DNA from: Candidatus Moraniibacteriota bacterium
Lineage (GTDB): Bacteria > Patescibacteriota > Minisyncoccia > Moranbacterales > UBA1568
NCBI GenBank assembly: GCA_013336285.1
Contig: JAAXTX010000001.1
Coordinates: 20,201 to 84,200 of the forward strand
DNA: 64,000 nt
Direction: 5' to 3'
This document shows, one piece after another, positions 57,553-64,000 of the stretch. The notes under the pieces are model-generated. The model did no database searches. It saw nothing but the letters and a program-made list of their open reading frames with translations, and was not told the DNA's origin. Every line of letters starts with the position of its first letter. The first letter of the stretch is position 1. The position numbers were made by a program, and so were the translations under genes.

Positions 57553-58155
57553 TCAGACGGCGAACTGCCCGGAAAGGGGAGCGCTCTCTTCATTGCCGCC
57601 CCAAAGCCGATCCTGGAGTTCCTTTCGCTTCTTCCGTACTTCCGTTACGGATCCGCCGCATTCCTGCCGCTTCTGCTGCCACTTCTCGTATTTCCTCCCC
57701 ATCCTCTCTTCGCGCATCTGAAAAAACTTCTGCTGCAGCGAGAGTTTCGCCTCCCGCAATCCCGACTTTGCGAAACGCTCCCGGTCCATTCCGCGCTCAT
57801 AGGCCTGTCTGCCGCGTTTCTGAAGACTCTCATACGCGACCGAGGCCGCTCCGACCGTCGCATCGACCGTATTCCTTACTCCGTCTTTCACCATTTCCGG
57901 TGCCGCGAAGGCGTAGTCCACCGCCTTTCCGCCGAACTCCTTGATACGGTTCGCCCCGTCTTGCAATCGTTCCTTCGTCGAATTCCATTTCTCACGTACG
58001 GACGACATGAAAGCCGACCTCCGTTCCTGCCCGATTTCCCGATAGGATTTCTGTTCCGTTCCTTTTTCACTTCCTTCGCTTTGTTCCGTCAACGGAGGCA
58101 TCCTCTCCGGAGTAGGACCCGTCTGGGAACCGGGGGCGCTATTTTCTGATCTCAT
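57553..58155 (-). CDS. hypothetical protein (200 aa, charged/helical)
   Basis: ORF only. Confidence 0.35.
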   Translation of the reverse strand: MRSENSAPGSQTGPTPERMPPLTEQSEGSEKGTEQKSYREIGQERRSAFMSSVREKWNSTKERLQDGANRIKEFGGKAVDYAFAAPEMVKDGVRNTVDATVGAASVAYESLQKRGRQAYERGMDRERFAKSGLREAKLSLQQKFFQMREERMGRKYEKWQQKRQECGGSVTEVRKKRKELQDRLWGGNEESAPLSGQFAV

Positions 58156-58287
58156 AATGAGGCTTCCGTTTATCGGATTATCAAGTCATTCACGCTGAGA
58201 TGATATCAGAAAATACCGAGAGCCGCAATCTCCGACCATAATATATTCCCAAAAAAAATGGCTTATTAAACTGTTTTTTGTTGCCAA

Positions 58288-58316
58288 TTGACTTGATTGA
58301 AAAAGTATGCTATACT
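58288..58316 (+). promoter_or_regulatory. consensus sigma70-type promoter (-35 TTGACT, 17 nt, -10 TATACT)
   Basis: aatTGACTtgattgaaaaagtatgcTATACTttta, preceded by an A/T-rich UP-like region. Confidence 0.5.
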
Positions 58317-58322
58317 TTTATG

Positions 58323-58549
58323 TTCTGAAAAGTGGTTCTTTAGTAAAAGCAGCTCCCTTTCGGTAAAAGGGACGGATGATTTCGCATGACCCCTCGTGCC
58401 GGATATATGCCGAGCCTGGAGGGCCTGTCAACTCCCAACGGGGGAAGATGGGGAAATCATCAAACAAAGCACAGGGTCTGGAGATGGGGAGAGGATATAT
58501 ACATATTCAAACTCTTCCAACATTTCTCCAGACCCTTTCCCCTTTTTAT
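58323..58549 (+). ncRNA. candidate ~225-nt small RNA from consensus promoter to strong intrinsic terminator
   Basis: Terminator AGGGTCTGGAGA-(38-nt loop)-TCTCCAGACCCT + TTCCCCTTTTTATA at 58472-58549. Internal hairpin CTCCCTTTCGGTAAAAGGGACGG. No credible ORF. Contains the GAAGATGGGG..GAAATCATC motif shared with the double-hairpin repeats. Confidence 0.3.
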
Positions 58550-59106
58550 ACGTCTTTATATATCACCGCGATATGGCGGATCGAATGGAGAAGTAGCTTC
58601 ATATCGACAACGGGCACGAGGATATATCCGATGAAAAATCCGACCGGACATTACCTCGCCTCAGAAAAGGCATGGGGGATGCGAGGAGCGCGTATCTCGA
58701 TTCATCATTCGCTTGCGCCGCCTTTTCCGCACAGGGTGAGATTAAGAAGTGTTCGCAACGGCAAATGATTTACAGGATTTCCGTACGATAAATACCTATC
58801 CGTTTAAATCTAGGAGGGATTTCGAAAATTAGAAAAAATGGTACGGCAAAGGAGCGTGAGATGGGTAAGATTCGATAGATTCGTGAGACACGGCACCAGC
58901 CGATGTTTTTTTATCCGCAACAATGCTTACGAGAAGACGCTATCTTGGTCCGGTTCCCCTCCCTTGCCGTATACTGTTGTCTACCGTCTGCCGTTCTCTC
59001 CCCTCACTCGCCGACCTCACGAATCATCCGCTTCATCACTTACTGTTTTCTATCATATACAGGCTACCCTCTGCCGTCTATCGATGGTAAAATACGGACA
59101 CATGAA

Positions 59107-62100
59107 ATGCGAACTACCAACAGCATCAGAAGCGTCGCGGACGGATACCGACACGACTCCGCACCGGGAATCGTCGGATTTTGAAATCGACACGAACCAG
59201 GAGTCACGGGAACGTGAATTGGCTGCGGTCCATAAATGGACACGCGGTTTTTTCGAGATGCACTATCCGAATTTTCCATTCGGAACAAAGAATCACTTTC
59301 TCAATTATTGTGAACGGGAAGGCTTCGCGACAACCGGCATCGGACCGAGAACAATGGACAGGGAAGGTGCGTCAAACGCGATGTTTTCAGGTAAGACACT
59401 CCTGACAAGGGAATATTCTGAAACACGAGGCTCCGATAAAGTCTTCGTAAATTCGGACGTAATCATCTCGTTTTTCGAGGAGATTATCGACTACGTGAAC
59501 AAAAAGGCTGCCGGAGATCCGGATTCCGCGAAACTCTTCTGTCAGAACATGGGTGGCGCGATGGAAAACATCCGAAACACATGGATAAGCAGCAATCTTG
59601 ATATCGCGCAAGAGTTCGGGATAGCGGCAAACGCGTGGAATACGCCGTGTCTCAGACAAGCTCTTGCCGGGCCTTTACTCTCGGAAACATGGGACCGGAT
59701 CGAGGGAGCCGGCATGAACGAGGTACGTGATACGTCCGACGCATTGTCAGCGTTGCCGCAAAGCGAACGAATGAATATCATCCGACTCGTGCCAATGCTT
59801 TCGAATGCGAACGAAGACGAAAAAGCTGTCACCGACCTGACTCGGCGGCAGGAAAAATATCTCGCGCTTCTTACGAGACTTGCCGATACCGATATCCCGA
59901 CAGTGCGATTCGCTGCCATGCGCGCACTTGCCGCCACGGAGCAGGATTCGGATCCACTCGAGGAAAAAGATGTGAAGCGGTCTTTATGGGATTCTGTCCT
60001 TGAAAAAGATACGTCTCCTTGTTCGCCGGAACAGGAAGCGGTTTCCGTACGGTTGAAACGGACTGTCATTCCCGAGCATTCCCTTCCATACGGATACTCG
60101 GCGATACTTCCCATTGCCAGCGATATGGTCGCTTTCTATGACGAGGATTACATCCCGCAGCATCTCGCCCGAATCGACTCGGAAACGCTCTCCAGGCTCA
60201 TCGTTTCCGAAAGCGATACCGACTGGGGCGCGGTGAACCGTATTCGTGAGTTCCTTCTGGAAAAACGTGTCCTTACGAAAGATCGGATCAAGGAATCCGT
60301 GTCGGGTCTTTCGAAGTGCCTCTTTAGCGATGAGTCCTTCTCTGACACCGATACGCTCGCCAAGAGATTCTTTTCGGCGTCCGGCGTCATAGCCGAAGAT
60401 CGATGGAAAGATCTCTTGGACGGCATGTCACGGGTTCAGTCATACGAGCAGGTTCTCTGGAAGAATATCGGAAATATCCGGGAACGAATCGCCATGGAAC
60501 ATGCATTCCGCATAAACGAAAAGGAACGACGACTGAAAGAACTTACCGAAACGCATACACCCGAAAATAAGCGGCTGCAGCGTGAGTTGCTGAATCGGTT
60601 CGCCGCCGATAATGCTGCCGACAGTACTCGACAATGGCAAGAAGAGGATTCGATGCGTGAATCATTGAAGAAGGCAATGGATATCGGATCGGCAAAGAAA
60701 ACCGTCAGCGACATTTTGGAGGAGCTTCGAAACGGTCGGGACCGACTCGAGCAAGACTTTCTCGTTTTTATTGAATCAAGGATAGAAGCGGGGACGCTAT
60801 CCGGCGAGATACACCGGGTTTCTCCGGTCTCCTATGACGATCTTTTTAAAGATTCCGCCATCATACCTTTCGAACCGAATGGCGGAGACCTCGAAAACAT
60901 TCGACTCCTGCAACAACTCCATGCTCCGGACGGCGCCGAACTCCTCGGAATGCCATTCGATACGTTGCCGATACGGTCACAGGTGCACTTTCTCCTCACC
61001 CGTATTCGTGAAAATGATTCTGCCGCGGAACGGTTCCGCCTCGTCTTGGAAAAACATCCCGCACTTAAAGACGATATCGCCTATTCGTTCCTCGTCACGG
61101 CGGAGGGATCGGAATACGGCGAGACCGTTCTCACGCTTGCCGAATCACTCGACACCGAAACGCTCGGACCGATCCTGAAGAAATACGCGGAGATCACGAA
61201 AGACGCGGATGCGGTCGCGGAGTTCGTTCGGATGGAGTTTTCCGATCTGGATGTGACCGAGACGGCATCAGTCACCGAGACGATCACAAAGAATCTGCTC
61301 CGCCGCGGGCGGGAACTCCTCGTCGAATTTTCAAAGCATGCCGATTCCGATACGTTGCTTCGCCGGCTTGACAATATCAGTGCCAGTGTCGAACTGTACA
61401 AGAAAACCTTTCGCTCACTGTACGAATCAGGCAAACTGAAAAACCCCGCAGATATGGCGAATAGCGAAATCCTGTCCCTGTCGCCGGAAGATCTTTCGGA
61501 AGTCGACAAGGAATGGATGCGAAATCTCTACCGAAAAAGCTACCCGGAAGAAAGTTATTCCTCCTCGTTTCGCGAAGCGATTTTTGCCGGCTTAGATAAG
61601 CGCATGGAAAATATCGGCCCCGGCACGCGCTGTCACATCCTCAAAAGAAACGGTAAAAACGTATCATTTGTTTTTTTTGAAGATACCGGCGAAGCCGAAG
61701 ACGGTCGAGTTGAAAAATTCGGCAGCTCATTCAATGTGGAGCCGGAATACCGTAGCGATATGGTCGGAGGGGCGTTTTGGGACACGGTCCTCGCCTCGGA
61801 ATCAAACGGTTCCATCATAACCATCACCGGCGATCATGCCTTACCGAATCCCGTTTCCGATTTCTACATCAACAAGAAAGGTTTCTTCGGCATCGGCATG
61901 CGAACCGTCGGAGACCGCCCGCTTCCGCTTCTCCGCAGGGACGAGCAACAGGAAAAGAAACTTCTCACCAGAAAGACGACGGTGGCGATGTCCTTCGAAC
62001 TTGGCGAACGCATTGCCGCCGACACGGCGCCGCACGCGTGGAGCAAATGGGTGACGGCCGAAAAAACCGACCGAGACGGCATGGAACAAACCATCATCCG

Positions 62101-62269
62101 TCGAACGGCCGAGGGATTCTTCCTTTCTTGTATACTTACCGATCCGAAAGATACGACAAAAAACAATGTCGTTTTGATATTCGAGGACCCTGATGAGCGA
62201 ATGAATATCGACAATCGGCACCCGTCAGAGACGGCGACCGCTCACCAGAAAACGGAAACGACGGTCTGA
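59107..62269 (+). CDS. large hypothetical protein (~1050 aa), alpha-helical, possible HEAT/ARM-like repeats
   Basis: Long ORF. The segment PTVRFAAMRALAATEQD resembles a HEAT repeat. Start uncertain (track ORF begins 58838; the first Met with nearby purine-rich sequence is ~59107). Confidence 0.45.
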
Positions 62270-62339
62270 AGATCCGATTGGCATTCGGTCCTTATCCAGT
62301 CCTTCAATATCCCGAAACCGTGAGCGAATCCCCGGAGAA

Positions 62340-63268
62340 TCATAGTCGCACGAAGTATTCGTCATCGTCATAATCCCCTTGTTCGAATGGCTTCGGTCCG
62401 GCAGCTTCCCCTGGGTCTTCCACTCCGCCGACAACGTCCGGTGAACCGGTGACGGGAGCGGCAGTCGAATCTTTTTTCAGTATTTTCTTTTTTGAAAATT
62501 GTTCGGGTCCGGGAGTTTTTCCCCATATATATTCGAAAACGTGCTTGTGCAATTCGTAGAGAAACGGGTCATGTACGATGACACCGATCATCTTATCGGA
62601 TGAGAACGTGACGTATGAGACTTTTCCGTCGTAGATTTCCATCGCGCTTTCGAGCACCGGAAATCCCTTTTCGGACGGAATAAGCCGCGTATCCGTCACC
62701 GAAGGCGCCAGCTTTCCCATATACTCGCGGGCTACGGGAGAATCGAAAAGAAGCAATCTTTTGTCGATGCCGAGCTTCTCACGCTTTGCCATATATCGTC
62801 GGTTGATCACGTCGATATTCTTCCGGACCGCCTCGATATCGGCATAGGTAAGAATGACTGTCTTGCTTGTCAGCGAATCATTCAATACCTTTTCGATGCC
62901 TTCAGGCCCCTCATAAATCTCGATGCCAGGGGCACCAGAAACGAGGTTGAAGCTTGAAATGAGTGAAGGTAACAGACCGTCAAGCGACAGTTCGGCGTCC
63001 TTAAGAGCTTTTCTCCTGGATTCCACCAGATCACGGAGGACAGAGGGATGCTTCGGCGAAAAACGCGCGACTTTCCCCGCTTCTTCCTCCTTTTCGACGA
63101 GTCCCATTTCGACCAAATCATCCAAAACCTTGTACACAAGCCCCCGTTTGAGGGTCGTTTTTTTGGCGAGCGACCCGGCCGGCCGCACGCCGTGCGTCAA
63201 AAGTGCCTCATACACTTCGGCCTGCGCCGGAGTCAATATCGATTTTGAGAGGGTCTCAGAATACATAG
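62340..63268 (-). CDS. TrmB-family HTH transcriptional regulator
   Basis: N-terminal wHTH (LTPAQAEVYEALLTHGVRPAGSLAKKTTLKRGLVYKVLDDLVEMGLV). Start set at MYSETLSKS; the track ORF extends further upstream. Confidence 0.55.
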
Positions 63269-63544
63269 AGCAGATAACAGATAACGTTAAACAGGGAACC
63301 GGCTCGTCTGCCCGCTCCCCTGCACAAGGTGAGCTGTCCCGTACTCGGGACTGAGGGGTGGGAGGCCATTTTCCTACTTCACTTCCATCGCCACGCCGAA
63401 GCCTATGGCGGAGGCGTGTCACTCCACACTCCTATTTTACTCCATTCCCCATTTCCTGTCAAAGCTCTATGACATAATACATTACATTTCAATACTATTT
63501 TTAACTTTATAGTAAGTATTTACAAATATTATAGTCACGCAGTA

Positions 63545-63573
63545 TTGACACTATGGCAAATACCTGCTATACT
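63545..63573 (+). promoter_or_regulatory. consensus sigma70-type promoter (-35 TTGACA, 17 nt, -10 TATACT) with AT-rich UP-like region, followed by >400 nt GA-rich ORF-free leader
   Basis: agtaTTGACActatggcaaatacctgcTATACTtcgctg. Upstream 63470-63540 is >75% A/T. Confidence 0.5.
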
Positions 63574-64000
63574 TCGCTGTTACGATGAGAGATCGAGCAG
63601 AGAGAAAGGGAGAGAAAGAAACGTACCTTCAAGAGAGAACCGGAAAGACTACTCCCGTTGTCAGAGAGAGACACGGAGAGGAACCGGGTCTCGGGATCCG
63701 TGAGAACCGACCCCTTCGTCCTCTTTCCAAGAACAAATGATGGTTTGGAAAGACCTAGTACCTTCTATTCAAATAGCGCGAACTGCCTTCAGTCGTCACC
63801 TCGCTCGGTCTCCGTCTTCTTACGAAAAGAGCGTCGGAACGGACGCGAAACGAGAGAGGTTCCGGGAACACGTCCTGTTACTACCCTGGTTCGCTAGGAA
63901 CAAATGTTTCTCATTCGAATGAGAGCCATGAAGATCCTTGAGAGAGACTTCCTATGAGTACCGCCTCGGCGGGAAACGGGATGAGCTTGAGGTGATCATT

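Noticed and set aside
58323-58549. Assignment of the candidate sRNAs to known families (6S, tmRNA, SRP, RNase P, common riboswitches)
   Set aside because: I looked for the conserved strings of SRP, RNase P and the TPP riboswitch in the 58323-58549 candidate and found none. The candidate also starts and ends wrongly for tmRNA. 6S could not be assessed from sequence alone. They remain unclassified.
63990-64000. 16S rRNA 3' end (anti-SD GATCACCTCCTTA) on the minus strand
   Set aside because: Reverse complement reads AATGATCACCTCAAGC, which lacks the CCTCCTTA anti-SD. A plus-strand 16S 5' end is the more plausible reading but is unconfirmed.
1-64000. CRISPR arrays
   Set aside because: No regularly spaced direct repeats were found anywhere in the window.

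Overview
This 64-kb window looks like a small-genome bacterium, possibly Candidate Phyla Radiation (CPR)/Patescibacteria-like. Supporting this are four TrmB-family HTH regulators, a FemAB + Mur-ligase pair, a DNA polymerase I, two radical-SAM genes and heavy reliance on NAD salvage. It uses the standard bacterial code (TGA is stop) and most genes are on the minus strand.

Housekeeping genes I can support are polA, pcrA/uvrD, ruvA, rpsT, a putative holA, a Mur ligase, a FemAB-family transferase and a LysM-CHAP cell-wall hydrolase. A XerC/D-type recombinase and a TrbL/VirB6-like membrane protein sit near the start.

The striking part is an accessory island of about 22 kb (about 7.8-29.9 kb) that mixes three themes:
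- NAD salvage: PnuC, NadR, PncB-like PRTase, NadM-Nudix, a NadE-NadD fusion and two PncA-like isochorismatase-family hydrolases.
- ADP-ribose processing: an ADP-ribosylglycohydrolase and two Nudix genes, one of them an NrtR-like Nudix/wHTH regulator.
- Phospho-signalling: a vWA-PP2C-Ser/Thr-kinase TerY-P-type triad, and a second J-domain-kinase + vWA pair.

A nearly identical 40-nt promoter/operator cassette precedes both the pnuC-nadR-nrtR operon and the triad operon. The cassette has consensus TTGACA/TATAAT boxes and an overlapping palindrome TAGTGT..ACACTA, which points to a single NrtR-type regulon.

Other points of interest:
- Two tandem paralogous small genes with conserved structured 3'-UTR elements; a third copy of the double-hairpin element lies elsewhere.
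- Several consensus promoters driving short non-coding transcripts.
- A radical-SAM/SPASM enzyme plus small-protein operon.
- A truncated SDR paralog.
- A strong promoter with a GA-rich leader at the window end, possibly the start of an rRNA operon.
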